From assembly GCA_964580585.1 (NCBI GenBank), contig CAZOKZ010000013.1, positions 52-64,051 on the forward strand: a DNA stretch of 64,000 nt, read 5' to 3'. The notes beneath the pieces were generated by a model. That model did no database searches. It was not told the DNA's origin and was given only the letters and a program-made list of their open reading frames with translations. Source of the DNA: an uncultured Candidatus Sumerlaeota bacterium. GTDB lineage: Bacteria; Sumerlaeota; Sumerlaeia; SLMS01; JAHLLQ01. Positions 48,386 through 60,093 of the stretch are shown here, one piece after another. A program made the translations under genes and the position numbers. Every line of letters begins with the position of its first letter. The first letter of the stretch is position 1.

Positions 48386-49558
48386 TTACCAAACGCGGAA
48401 CACGAAAAACTTCAAATAGTCCGTTTCCGGCGCGGCGGGCAGCACCGGGTGGTCGGTGTCGGCTCCGGCGGCGTTGAGAAGTTGCACGCGGCGTTTGGCG
48501 TCGGCTGCCGCACCGAGGGCAGTGGCATACAAGTCCTCGCGCCCGACATGGTACGAGCACGAACACGTTGCCAGGTATCCGCCAGGACGCACCAACTTCA
48601 TCCCGCGCAGGTTGATTTCCTTGTACCCGCGCAGAGCATTCTTCAAGCTGCCGCGGCTTTTCGCGAAGGCGGGCGGATCGAGCACCACAACATCGAACTG
48701 GCGACCCGCGTCGCTCCACTCGCGCAGCAAATCGAAGCAATTACCGCATTCGAACGCGCACCGGTCGGCGAGCCCGTTGCGCACGGCGTTCGCGCGGCAT
48801 TGCGCCACGGCTTCCTCCGAATAATCCACACCGAGCACCGATTTCGCGCCGCCAGCGCCTGCGTTCAGCGCGAACGAACCGATGTACGTAAAACAATCGA
48901 GCACTTCGGCACCTGGCGCCAGCCGCCGAATGAACGCGCGATTGGCGCGCTGGTCGAAAAAGTACCCAGTCTTCTGGCTTGCAGCCAAGTCGATGCCGAA
49001 CTCCAGACCGTTTTCGCGAATAACGATCCTTGTATCGAACGATTCGCCGATGCAGCCTTCGACGAGAGTCAGGCCTTCTTTTTCGCGCGTCGTGGCGAGG
49101 CTTTTTTCGTAAATTCCGCGCGGTGCGAGCAACTCGCGCAGCAGGCCACAGATCATGTCTCGGCGTTTGTCCATGCCGAGTGTCAGAAACTGCACCGAGA
49201 GCACATCGCCGAACCGGTCAACGATCAACCCGGGCAACCAATCGCTTTCGGAATACACCAAACGGCAATTCGTCGGGTCGTCAAGCAAGCGCGCGCGCAA
49301 GGAAATCGCCGCTTCAAGCCGCCGCCGGAAAAACGCCTCGTCGATCGGTTCGTCCTCAAACGTCAGAAGGCGCACGCGAATTGCCGAATGCGCGTTGTAG
49401 TACCCGCGCCCAACGAACTTGTTTTTCGTGTCGCGAACATCGACAATTCCGCCGTTCGTTGGCGAGCCGTCGATCGTGCCGACTTCGGAATCGAACACCC
49501 ATGGATGACCGTCGAGACAGCGATGGGTGACTTTGGGTTTCAGGTGAATCGTCGGCAT
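48386..49558 (-). CDS. rlmI: class I SAM-dependent rRNA methyltransferase (RlmI/RlmK-like, PUA + MTase)
   Basis: N-terminal PUA-like region, then a Rossmann SAM-binding region (VLDCFTYIGSFAL, DPPAF). Confidence 0.8.
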   Translation of the reverse strand: MPTIHLKPKVTHRCLDGHPWVFDSEVGTIDGSPTNGGIVDVRDTKNKFVGRGYYNAHSAIRVRLLTFEDEPIDEAFFRRRLEAAISLRARLLDDPTNCRLVYSESDWLPGLIVDRFGDVLSVQFLTLGMDKRRDMICGLLRELLAPRGIYEKSLATTREKEGLTLVEGCIGESFDTRIVIRENGLEFGIDLAASQKTGYFFDQRANRAFIRRLAPGAEVLDCFTYIGSFALNAGAGGAKSVLGVDYSEEAVAQCRANAVRNGLADRCAFECGNCFDLLREWSDAGRQFDVVVLDPPAFAKSRGSLKNALRGYKEINLRGMKLVRPGGYLATCSCSYHVGREDLYATALGAAADAKRRVQLLNAAGADTDHPVLPAAPETDYLKFFVFRVW

Positions 49559-49590
49559 GGGGACGGAGACCTCGGGGGTTTTTAGTTAAC

Positions 49591-50030
49591 TCGCGCAGAG
49601 GCGCAGAGACGCAGAGAGTTTAATCTTCCAATCCATTGACGGCACGCTTAATGCCGTCCTTCATCAAGGCTTCTCCGAAATTGAGAAGGTAGCCCAGTTT
49701 GCACCCGGTCAAGCGGAGATACGTTTGTAGTTGTTTAGAGTGTGCAGGTATCATTTTTTTAACGGATTTAAGTTCCAGGATCACTTAATTTTCGATCATA
49801 ATATCGGCCCGAAATCCTTCGTCGAAAGTAATGCCACGATATTGAATCGGAATAGGAAGTTGACGTTCTACCTTCAAACCATGGCCGCTCAAGGCACGTG
49901 CGAGGACAACCTCATAGACGGTTTCTAACAATCCCGGTCCCAATTCGCGATGAATTAAAATCGCTTCGGAAATAACAATACTTTCAATCTCATTTTCACT
50001 CATTCTCTGCGCCTCTGCGTCTCTGCGCGA
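49591..50030. repeat. structured octamer-arm repeat (CGCAGAGG flavour) whose arms exactly flank the GxxExxY gene
   Basis: Left arm TCGCGCAGAGGCGCAGAGACGCAGAGAGT ends at 49619, and the gene's stop is at 49620. Right arm TCTCTGCGCCTCTGCGTCTCTGCGCGA starts at 50004, and the gene's ATG is at 50003. 25 of 27 positions pair. Confidence 0.75.
49620..50003 (-). pseudogene. GxxExxY family protein (small PD-(D/E)xK-like) interrupted by in-frame TAA at 49785-49787
   Basis: The N-terminal 72 aa contain GPGLLETVY. Continuing in frame after the TAA gives VILELKSVKKMIPAHSKQLQTYLRLTGCKLGYLLNFGEALMKDGIKRAVNGLED, the canonical C-terminus. The full product would be 126 aa. The gene sits exactly between inverted-repeat arms. 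Confidence 0.65.
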
Positions 50031-50082
50031 AATAAATTAGCTCAACTGCAAACCTCGGGATTTTTTCTCTGCGCGAGATCGT

Positions 50083-50118
50083 TAATAAAAAGCGGAAGGC
50101 ACCGCAATGCCTTCCGCT
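50083..50118 (-). terminator. rho-independent terminator downstream of eno
   Basis: AGCGGAAGG...CCTTCCGCT hairpin followed on the minus strand by TTTTTATT. Confidence 0.6.
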
Positions 50119-50147
50119 TGGTTTGCTAACGTTATTTCGTCGTGCGA

Positions 50148-51599
<1,452 letters not shown>

Positions 51600-51735
51600 T
51601 CAGGAATTTCACGGCGCTTTATTGATAAAGGCAAAGGAGACGGGGCATAAGATACGGCTCAAATGCCAGATTTCAGTGTGGTCGCTGGTACCAGACGGCA
51701 AATGCGGAGGAACCGAACACCCGATTTCCGAAGGA

Positions 51736-53361
51736 CTACTGAATGCGCCACAACTCGAAAAGCCCCAGGTCTTCGATCATTTGCGCACGGGGATGGCCAA
51801 TGGTCGGGCCGTTGTCCTTTTTGCGGGCGATGACCGTGTCGCCCGCTTGGGCTTCCTCGATGTACAGGAACAAATCCCAGTCATTGTACACTTGATAGAT
51901 CGCTGTCGGTTCGGGCGTATGGGCTCGCGCCAGTAATTGCAGTGTTGGCGATTCAAAGTAAAAACACACGCGCCGTCCAGGCGGGTGCAGGTAGTTGAAT
52001 TGCAACGCCGCGCGGCTGGAATCGCGTTCGCGTTGCATGCGGGTGATGAGGGCCAGGAGTTCCGGGCGTTCGTTGAACCAATTGGGGTAGTACGCCACGG
52101 CTCGAACCAGGGAAAACCATCCCATCAGCGCCAGATAGGCAATAACGATTGCACGCGCTGCCCATCGCGCTCCCCGACGCTCGATGGTGTCCCACAAAAT
52201 GCCAAGCGTGCCGCTGCCCATGGCGATCAGCGGCACGATCAGGAACATGGTAAACCGCATGCGGGTGTTCGAGCCGATGCCGGCTTTGATCGAAACGATC
52301 ATGCCGCACAGCAACACGGCGACCCACGCCAGGACGACGGGCATGGATTTCGAACGCCAACGTTTGAGGGCCAGACCCGCACCGACGATCAGTGCCAGCG
52401 GAATCCACATTTTATTATCGTTCCACAAAATACGCGGGTAGTCGAAAAACGCCGACACGGGGTTGGCGTGATCGTAGAACATGTTCGTTTGTTCGTTCAT
52501 TCCGATGTGGTCTTTCAAGAAACCGAACGGTGAGCCATAACGAAGAGTGCTGGATGTGAACCACGCCGCGGGGAATGCCGCGATCAGCCCCATGCCAAGC
52601 GCAGGTTGCCATGCGCATCGTCGCATGGGAGGGATGAAGATCATCCAAACCGTTCGCAGGCCCAGGAACACGGCGAACACAATGCCCGCGTACCACATTT
52701 CATATCGAAAAGCGTTGCCGAGCCCGATCAGGAACGCCGCCATCAGGTAGTCGCGGTCGGTACTCCGATCGCCGGGTGGCCGTTGCATTCCGCGTACGAA
52801 GAAGTCTATCGCTCCGAGCAGCAGTGGCAGGAAAAACACCTCGGCCACGGGGTTGACTGCCGACCATAGGACCATGAAATGCGTTCCCGTCAGAATGGCT
52901 GCCGCCGTACCTGCAAAATGGCTGCGCCAGGTGCGGCGCGCCAGGTCGCCCGCGAAAAACACAAGGGCCAATGTTCCCGCCAGGCTCGTCAACGTCATGG
53001 AAAAGTGCGGCGCCCCGATCAGTTTGGTCATCAGGCCCAGGACGTAAAACTGTCCGGCGAGCCAGATATGATCCACCGGAGCGAAATAGGGATTTACCGA
53101 CCAGTCGATGGAATAATGGAGGCGAATGTACTCGTCGCCCGAGATGAAAAATGGAGCCGAGGGAGCAAAGGCGGCTCGAAACAGCAGGAAAATTATCATG
53201 GCGATCAGAATCGACATTTTCCAGGAGGCGAAGCCGTAGTCCTCGACCGTGGGTTCGGAGCGATGACGCCCGAAAATTGCTGCCGCTACGGCTGCAATGC
53301 CGAGTAAAAACCCGGCAAGCATCAACAAATATTCAATAGGAGACCACGGGAGCATCTTCAA
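51736..53361 (-). CDS. polytopic membrane protein, possible GT-C fold glycosyltransferase
   Basis: 541 aa with more than 10 TM helices. Architecture is similar to the product of 6595..8484. Confidence 0.5.
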   Translation of the reverse strand: MKMLPWSPIEYLLMLAGFLLGIAAVAAAIFGRHRSEPTVEDYGFASWKMSILIAMIIFLLFRAAFAPSAPFFISGDEYIRLHYSIDWSVNPYFAPVDHIWLAGQFYVLGLMTKLIGAPHFSMTLTSLAGTLALVFFAGDLARRTWRSHFAGTAAAILTGTHFMVLWSAVNPVAEVFFLPLLLGAIDFFVRGMQRPPGDRSTDRDYLMAAFLIGLGNAFRYEMWYAGIVFAVFLGLRTVWMIFIPPMRRCAWQPALGMGLIAAFPAAWFTSSTLRYGSPFGFLKDHIGMNEQTNMFYDHANPVSAFFDYPRILWNDNKMWIPLALIVGAGLALKRWRSKSMPVVLAWVAVLLCGMIVSIKAGIGSNTRMRFTMFLIVPLIAMGSGTLGILWDTIERRGARWAARAIVIAYLALMGWFSLVRAVAYYPNWFNERPELLALITRMQRERDSSRAALQFNYLHPPGRRVCFYFESPTLQLLARAHTPEPTAIYQVYNDWDLFLYIEEAQAGDTVIARKKDNGPTIGHPRAQMIEDLGLFELWRIQ

Positions 53362-53452
53362 TCCAACGCGGAGGGCGACGTTTGAACGAATCGTGCGTTA
53401 GCAAACGGTGAGGTGGTGAGAGGTGCAATGGGACTTTGGGAGTTCCAAATAC

Positions 53453-53878
53453 TCACTCCGGCAATTGCAAACTGCCGTCTTCAAGTAGCGGGAAAAACGG
53501 ATTCCATGCGACTTCCCACGGATGGCCGTCGGGGTCGGCAAAGTACCCGGAATACCCGCCCCAGAATTTGTCTTCGGCGGGAACTAAAATCCGCCCGCCC
53601 GCGCGTTCGGCTTCCGCGAGCAGCGCATCGACTTCGGTTTTGCTGCGTACATTGTGAGCGAGCGTGATGCCGCCGAATCCGCTGCCTTTGTCAGTCAGAC
53701 CGGCGTCCTTGGCCAGCGACTCGCGCCCGTAAAGCGCTAACGCCATCCCGCCTGCCTGGAAGAACGCCACGAATTCGTTGCCTGCCGACGATTCGCGCCA
53801 TCCGAGTCGATGGTAGAAGGCACGGCTGGTGGCCACGTCCGCCACGCCAAGGGTGATTAAACTCACGCGTTGTTCCAT
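53453..53878 (-). CDS. VOC (glyoxalase-fold) family protein
   Basis: Start at ATG 53878 (MEQRVSLITLGVADVATSRAFYHRLGW), 1 nt after the stop of the upstream gene. The track ORF extends upstream. Confidence 0.65.
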   Translation of the reverse strand: MEQRVSLITLGVADVATSRAFYHRLGWRESSAGNEFVAFFQAGGMALALYGRESLAKDAGLTDKGSGFGGITLAHNVRSKTEVDALLAEAERAGGRILVPAEDKFWGGYSGYFADPDGHPWEVAWNPFFPLLEDGSLQLPE

Positions 53879-53879
53879 A

Positions 53880-55580
53880 TCATGGTTCCTTTCCCCAGAC
53901 GACGATTTCGCCCAGGCGCACGGTCTGGCTTCCGGGCAGGAAGTTCGGTTCAATGATTTCCAATCGTATTTGGTCGAGCAACGGCGCGTTGGGCAGTTCC
54001 ACGCGCTCGCGGGCGGCGGATTCGGTGTGGCGAACGACGGCGAGTTCTCGCCACGATTCCGACGATTGTGCACGACCTAGCAAACGGAAGGCTTTCAGGT
54101 TGAACTGTCGTGAAAATCCGCATGTTTCCGCATGAAGAAAATCCAACGCTCCGACGCGTCCCGTCTTTCCGAGACGAAACTCAACCCATTGGCGCGGTGC
54201 GTCGTCGGGCAATTCCGCCGCCCAGAAATGATTCAACTCGTTTCGGAACCCAATGGCTCCGTCGAAGAGTTTGAGCGGCGCGTTGTCGATGCTGATGGTG
54301 GCATTCGATCCAGTTGCCGCGGCTACTGGCCATTTGACGAGATCATTTTCGCTCCCGGTGGCGAGCCTGACGGGCGTTGTCGCGGTGACGAGCGCCACCC
54401 GTGTTGGAATATCGGATCGCTGATGCGCGAGATTGATGTCGATCTCTCCGGGATGCAAACGCAGGTACTCGCGCGGCAATTCGACAGCGTCGTCGAAGCC
54501 CTTGTCGAGCAATTGAGTGGCGATGTCTTCCGAGGCCGGAGATGTTTGACCCGGCTGATCGCCGCCAAAGCTTCCCAGGTAAAGCAACCGTCGGGTTTGG
54601 TCCACTGCCAGAAACGAACGCACAATGTCCGGATTGGGATCGGTTGCATCGTTGTTTACGCGCTTGCCGTTGCGTAAAAACCACGTTCCGACTTCGACGG
54701 TAAACAGCGACAAGGCAGTTTCGGGATCGAGCGGAACGTGGATTTCCAATGAATTGGCGCTGGCAATGCCTGCGCGAGTGATGGGGTCCAGTGTTGGCGG
54801 CAACACGATTGCCCATTTATCGACGTCGAGCTGCAGATGCTTGAGGGGACGCGAAAATTCCGGTTCCCAACGGCGAGTTTCCACCGGGCGTGTTTCCCAA
54901 ATCGATGAATTGGGCGCTCGGTTTTTTGAAGCCGGATGAATGGGCACAGTGAGAGTGCCCTCTGGCCATAGCTCGACTTCACGTAAGCTGCTATTGAATT
55001 GTCCCGAGATTAACACGGCTCCATCCGGCGAAAAACCGTTGATCGCTGCCAACGTGATGGAGGTTCCGTTGTCGGCGCGAATGACAGCGGGTTGATTTTC
55101 CGTGTTCGACAGGTCGAGTAGCTCGAAGGTGCCTTCGGTGGCGGCGCGCAGGACAGGGCTTTTCGGAGGCCAGCCTAATAGGGCGCCTTGCGTGAAGAGG
55201 AAACCCTCGGGGGCTAACGGCTCGAGCGGTTCCGAACCGCGCCAGAGTGTCATGCCCGCGTTGGCCTGGGCAGTGGACAAAATGTCGCCCAGCTTGGCCG
55301 AATCCCAAACACCATGCGGCGAAACGGCGATTTCGACCCGCGCGTCGCCGATTTGGGAATCGATCGCGACCGACTGACCGGTATTCATGGTACGGTTTTT
55401 CAGACGGGAAAACTGAGCGGCCTTGATACCAGGGGCCAAATCGCGCCGTCCCCCGATCAGGTGGGGGTGGACTTCCTGTTGGGCGGCGGCAATTCCCGCC
55501 AGCAGGAGTATCGCTGCCAAAACCCGCCAAGGCAAGCGCCCCGCAGCGGTGTTGGTAGGCTTTCCGGGGCGCAGACGCAT
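53880..55580 (-). CDS. secreted hypothetical protein
   Basis: 566 aa with a signal peptide (VLAAILLLAGIAAAQQ). Confidence 0.5.
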   Translation of the reverse strand: MRLRPGKPTNTAAGRLPWRVLAAILLLAGIAAAQQEVHPHLIGGRRDLAPGIKAAQFSRLKNRTMNTGQSVAIDSQIGDARVEIAVSPHGVWDSAKLGDILSTAQANAGMTLWRGSEPLEPLAPEGFLFTQGALLGWPPKSPVLRAATEGTFELLDLSNTENQPAVIRADNGTSITLAAINGFSPDGAVLISGQFNSSLREVELWPEGTLTVPIHPASKNRAPNSSIWETRPVETRRWEPEFSRPLKHLQLDVDKWAIVLPPTLDPITRAGIASANSLEIHVPLDPETALSLFTVEVGTWFLRNGKRVNNDATDPNPDIVRSFLAVDQTRRLLYLGSFGGDQPGQTSPASEDIATQLLDKGFDDAVELPREYLRLHPGEIDINLAHQRSDIPTRVALVTATTPVRLATGSENDLVKWPVAAATGSNATISIDNAPLKLFDGAIGFRNELNHFWAAELPDDAPRQWVEFRLGKTGRVGALDFLHAETCGFSRQFNLKAFRLLGRAQSSESWRELAVVRHTESAARERVELPNAPLLDQIRLEIIEPNFLPGSQTVRLGEIVVWGKEP

Positions 55581-55596
55581 CGGGGGAAGTTCCTGG

Positions 55597-56001
55597 TTAT
55601 TTCTCGGCTTTGTTCAGCGCCTCCAATTGCTTGCGTAACGCATCGCGCTGCTGACGCAATTTGGCGACTTCGTCGGTGTCTTGCAAATTGTAGCCCGATT
55701 TTTTGTGCGAGAACTTATTCATGACCCAGCGAAAGACTCGCCAAATAGACAGGAGGAGAACAATGATCGCGAAGTAGAACGTGAAGGTACTTGTTTTCGA
55801 GTGGATTGCGGCGTGAAGAGAACCGCCCGCCAGCCACCAGCCGACCAGACAGAAAAACAGCACAAAGTACCCAATGGGAAACGATGCATCCTTGGTGTTC
55901 AGACGCGGCGCGCGACCTTTGTCCTTGTCGAGCAACTCACCCATTTTGCGGTCGATCTCGGTGATCTGCCGCTGAATTTCCATGCGTTTTTGGTTTTCCA
56001 T
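55597..56001 (-). CDS. small membrane protein with coiled-coil ends
   Basis: 134 aa; two TM helices flanked by charged helical segments. Lies 17 nt upstream of the next gene. Confidence 0.4.
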   Translation of the reverse strand: MENQKRMEIQRQITEIDRKMGELLDKDKGRAPRLNTKDASFPIGYFVLFFCLVGWWLAGGSLHAAIHSKTSTFTFYFAIIVLLLSIWRVFRWVMNKFSHKKSGYNLQDTDEVAKLRQQRDALRKQLEALNKAEK

Positions 56002-56325
56002 GAACCAGGCACCTCCGGTGCGATTTTCGGGTTTATTGCCCGCCTCGTTCCCCTTGCGACGGGGCCACCTAAGCTCGGCAATCGAAGGAACCGCAATCGA
56101 AGAATCAATGCGGATGTGTCCGGTTGGGATTGACGGGGTCGCAAGGCAACACTACGTTTTCGCCCGCGAACGGATGAAGTTCTGGTGTGATTTTTGCCTC
56201 CTTTTCGTCCGCGCGATTTTAATGATCCTCCCGGTACGTAGATTTTCGATTTGTCCAATTTGCCCCCAGATAACCCCTCTTCACCCGCGGAAGATTCCGC
56301 CCCGGTGTCCAAACTCGATAGTTGG

Positions 56326-58107
56326 ATGCTCAAGGGGTGGAAGACGTTCAAGTCCCTGAAGACGGGAATTTTTCTGCTTTCCATGATTGGCGTCGCGTGC
56401 ATTTACGGCACGACGCATTTCGCCGCGAACCAGGTCCTGGGCGACAACGCCATTCCTCTCGCCAAGTCCAAAGTCTTCAATGCCTGGTGGTTTTTTCTCC
56501 TGCTGGGAATCTTTTTCATTCAGTTTGTTGTTTCTACGTGGCACGTCACGGTCATGAGCCTGAAGCTTTGGTGGAAACGAGACTTTTCGCGCGGTTTCAC
56601 GTTCCTGACCACCGGGAATGGACGCGCGAGGGTTTCTGTTCCCGGGGGGCTGTCTCGTATCGAGCGAGTTTTGCAGCGAAAATTTACCCGTACCCATCGG
56701 GAAGGGGACCGATTCTTTGCCCACGCGGGGTTGCGCGCGCGCATTGGTCCCACCATTATTCACTTCGGAATTGTTGTGATTTTGATCGCTGGATTGGTGC
56801 GGATTGTTTTGGACCGACAGGGCAAAATCATGAGCGAAGGACGTTTTGCCGCCGCCGAAGGGGAAACTTCGAGTCTCATTTTTCATCCCGCTTTCAACGA
56901 CATGAGGATGGGTGAGCACAACTATGTGCCGCTCCATATTCCCTACGAGATCACGGTGTTGGATTTTGACGAAATCATGCACCCGAACTCGGATTCACCC
57001 GCGTATTATTCTTCACTTTTGAAGGTCAAGGACGTTGAGACCGGCGAAGTTACCATTGCGAAAGTGGATATGAACCATAGTATCAGCATTGGCGGATACG
57101 AATTTCATCAAGCCAGTTATTCGCCGCTGCCGCCGATTCAAACGCACCGAATGCAATTCGATGTGCGGGACGCGAAGACCGGCGAACGCATTGCGGTGAC
57201 GGACGCGAGCCCGGAAACACGCGTTCAAGTTGGCGACGAAGACCTTTTTCTCGAAGTCGATGGCGAATCAGTCGGTCAAGCATGGAGGCTTTACGCCTCG
57301 TCGAACCCGAACGAGCCGATTTCTTCGGGGAAATTGCTGGCGAAAGCGCGCGAGTCCGAGTTGAGCCTCAAGGTGGTGGCGTTTTTTCCGGACTTTGATT
57401 TCGACCCCGTTGAAGGACCGCATACGCGATCAAGCCAACCCGTGAACCCCGTGGTTCAAGTCGCGCTGATGCATGACGGTGTGCCTTCGAGCCAGACATT
57501 TTTGTCGTTGGATTCGGAATTCAACGAGGCTTTGCCCGAATACGATCCGCTATTTCTGCTGGAATTGGCGGATATCCAGGTCGCAGGCGGCGCGCCGGAA
57601 AATTATGAAGGTGTTGATTGGACGGACAAAGATTTTGCCCGTTTTGTGATCGATGTGAAGGATAAGTTCACGGGCGACAATGTTTCGCGACAGACGTTGG
57701 CGGTTGGCGCCACGAGTCACGACCCCGTGGTTTTCATGGCGCACGATGGAGATGAGCCGCCGCCATCGGGCGCGGAATTTGCCATCTATCCGGTTGGCCG
57801 CGACATTCGGTATGTCACGGTCCTGATGGTGGTGAACGAACCCGTCGTGCCCTATTACATTGCGGGTGTGGCGTTGATTTTCTTTGGCGCAATGTTGACG
57901 TTTACTGGCCGATACCGAGCGCTTTATGGGGAGTGGATTCCAGAATCGGAGGAATTTCTCTTCGCCTTGGTACCCCGGTTTGGAACTTCTCCGAATCCGC
58001 AGGAATTTGCCGAATTGGTGAGCGAACTATCCGGTACCCCAATGCCATCGGAGCCGGATTCCCTTTCCGTCACTCCCGAAAACGAACCCGCCACGGTGGG
58101 ATCGTGA
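56326..58107 (+). CDS. resB: cytochrome c biogenesis protein ResB/Ccs1 (system II)
   Basis: ATG at 56326 gives a canonical MLKGWKTFKSLKTGIFLL N-terminus; the track ORF starts at a TTG at 56251. TM helices plus a large periplasmic domain. Confidence 0.75.
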   Translation: MLKGWKTFKSLKTGIFLLSMIGVACIYGTTHFAANQVLGDNAIPLAKSKVFNAWWFFLLLGIFFIQFVVSTWHVTVMSLKLWWKRDFSRGFTFLTTGNGRARVSVPGGLSRIERVLQRKFTRTHREGDRFFAHAGLRARIGPTIIHFGIVVILIAGLVRIVLDRQGKIMSEGRFAAAEGETSSLIFHPAFNDMRMGEHNYVPLHIPYEITVLDFDEIMHPNSDSPAYYSSLLKVKDVETGEVTIAKVDMNHSISIGGYEFHQASYSPLPPIQTHRMQFDVRDAKTGERIAVTDASPETRVQVGDEDLFLEVDGESVGQAWRLYASSNPNEPISSGKLLAKARESELSLKVVAFFPDFDFDPVEGPHTRSSQPVNPVVQVALMHDGVPSSQTFLSLDSEFNEALPEYDPLFLLELADIQVAGGAPENYEGVDWTDKDFARFVIDVKDKFTGDNVSRQTLAVGATSHDPVVFMAHDGDEPPPSGAEFAIYPVGRDIRYVTVLMVVNEPVVPYYIAGVALIFFGAMLTFTGRYRALYGEWIPESEEFLFALVPRFGTSPNPQEFAELVSELSGTPMPSEPDSLSVTPENEPATVGS

Positions 58108-58133
58108 ACCGATTGATTTCTAAGGACTTAACC

Positions 58134-59993
58134 ATGACGGCTCGCGCCCGAGGCTTGTTTTGTAAGATGGCGATCTCTCTGATCATGCTGGTATTGGCGT
58201 TCATGGTTGCTCCCGTTTCGGCGGCGCAAACCAGCGGATTCCTCAGTGCGGACGCTTCGAGCCGCTTATCGACAATTCCTCACAATCCGGCGCTGGCAAA
58301 CGCCATTCGCGAGAGCGGTTTGACGAATATTGCCGTGCGCCATGAGGGATGGAACGAAACATTAGAGTCCTGGGCCAGGATCAAGCTTGATGGCTTGACG
58401 GGCAGAACGGGGATTCACGGTCAAGATCCCTCCTTTACCGTGCTCTCGATGATGTATGAAACCGAGCGTTGGCTCCCGGCGAAGTTTCTTCCAGTGGAAC
58501 ATCCGAAAATTGCGGAGATGCTTGGTTTCAAGGAAAAATGGGTCAGCCCGCGTCAAGTGATGGACAGCCCGGGGTTGCCTGCTCTGCGGGCCGAGTTGGA
58601 AGCCGCCGGGCAACGAAAGGCGGAACTTGAAACCAAGACAGCGCTGATGAACGCGGTGGAACAGGCCTATCAGGTTGGTCGGGACCGACCGGGGATTTTC
58701 GAGTCGTTGGCGAATGAGAAAGCTTCCGCGGAAGAAATCCGCCATCTGGGCGAGGATCAGTCGGCTTTGGATGCGTTCAATGCCGAACGCAAGGCTTTGA
58801 GTGCGCAGGTGAAGGGCGAGAAGGCTTTTTTTGAAGCGGCCAACAAGCTGCTTTCCCGCAGTATGATGGCGTTTTCGTTGAGCAATCAGTTTTTGATCTG
58901 CCCCGACCCGGATAGTATTACGGGCGAATGGTTGGCTCCTGGGCAGGCCGCCGCCGGAGTAAATCGTTCGGGGGCGGTGGTTAACCTGCGTCAAGCAGCC
59001 GTGGATTTGGATCGTCAGTTAGCAGGGCTGTTTACGGGCAGCGAGGCGTCGGAACTGGGGACAGATGTTGATAATTTTCTGCGGGTGATGGAGCAGTCGC
59101 GTGAATATCCGTCGGCAGGAGTGCGCGGACGGTGGAATTTCTACACGCGGCACAATCCATTTGGCAAAGCCGCCTGGGTTTACGCACTGGCGACGTTGAT
59201 GTTTTCCTTGTACGCGTTTTTCCGTTCGCCGTGGATGCGCATTGCGGGGACTGCGGTATTGTGCACGGGGCTGGGGGTTCACACGTTTGGCTGGGTCATG
59301 CGGCTTGTTTTGACTGGGCACATGCCGGTGTCGAATATGTATGAATCCATTACGTTTACGGCATGGGCAGCGCTGTTGGTGGGGACCATTTTCGAACTCT
59401 GGAAGCGCGAAGGCCTTGTGGGGTTGTTTTCATCGATTGTCGGAATGCTGATGCTGATGGGCGTCAGTTTGATGCCGTTGCACGATACGCGTATTCATCC
59501 GCTGCGGGCGGTGCTGAATAGCTATTGGCTGAATATTCACGTGACGGCGATGTTGATCAGTTACGGGACATTTGCCGTCGCGGCAATTGTGGCGATCAGT
59601 TACCTGATGAAACACGGAGTTCAAAAATTCACGGGTCGCGAGGCGCTGTTCGGAAAGAAACCGATCATGTCGCTCGACCAAACCGAAGAGTTGGCTTATC
59701 GCCTGATCCAGGTGGGGTGGCCAATTTTGACGGTGGGGATTTGCCTGGGCGCGGTGTGGGCCGACACGGCGTGGGGACGGTATTGGGGATGGGACCCGAA
59801 GGAAACCTGGGCGTTGATTACATGGATTGTGTACACGATTTATCTGCACTCGCGCATGGTCATGGGGTGGAAGGGCACTGTGTCTGCCGCCGCTTGCCTG
59901 ATTGGCTTTGTGATGGTGCTGATCACTTGGCTGGGAGTCAGCTACCTGCCGTGGTTTGCGGGCGGTCTGCATACGTACGCCTCACCGACATAA
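58134..59993 (+). CDS. ccsA: cytochrome c-type biogenesis protein CcsA/ResC with long N-terminal periplasmic extension
   Basis: Start at ATG 58134 with an AAGGA RBS. WWD motif (WGRYWGWDPKETW) and conserved His residues. Confidence 0.8.
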   Translation: MTARARGLFCKMAISLIMLVLAFMVAPVSAAQTSGFLSADASSRLSTIPHNPALANAIRESGLTNIAVRHEGWNETLESWARIKLDGLTGRTGIHGQDPSFTVLSMMYETERWLPAKFLPVEHPKIAEMLGFKEKWVSPRQVMDSPGLPALRAELEAAGQRKAELETKTALMNAVEQAYQVGRDRPGIFESLANEKASAEEIRHLGEDQSALDAFNAERKALSAQVKGEKAFFEAANKLLSRSMMAFSLSNQFLICPDPDSITGEWLAPGQAAAGVNRSGAVVNLRQAAVDLDRQLAGLFTGSEASELGTDVDNFLRVMEQSREYPSAGVRGRWNFYTRHNPFGKAAWVYALATLMFSLYAFFRSPWMRIAGTAVLCTGLGVHTFGWVMRLVLTGHMPVSNMYESITFTAWAALLVGTIFELWKREGLVGLFSSIVGMLMLMGVSLMPLHDTRIHPLRAVLNSYWLNIHVTAMLISYGTFAVAAIVAISYLMKHGVQKFTGREALFGKKPIMSLDQTEELAYRLIQVGWPILTVGICLGAVWADTAWGRYWGWDPKETWALITWIVYTIYLHSRMVMGWKGTVSAAACLIGFVMVLITWLGVSYLPWFAGGLHTYASPT

Positions 59994-60093
59994 TCCGCGT
60001 AACCGTCAATCCTGCCACGTTCCTGCTTGCGTTGGTGAAGGTGCTGCCCGAATGGTGCTGGAACGCTCAATTTGGGATGACGGAAGCCGTTCT

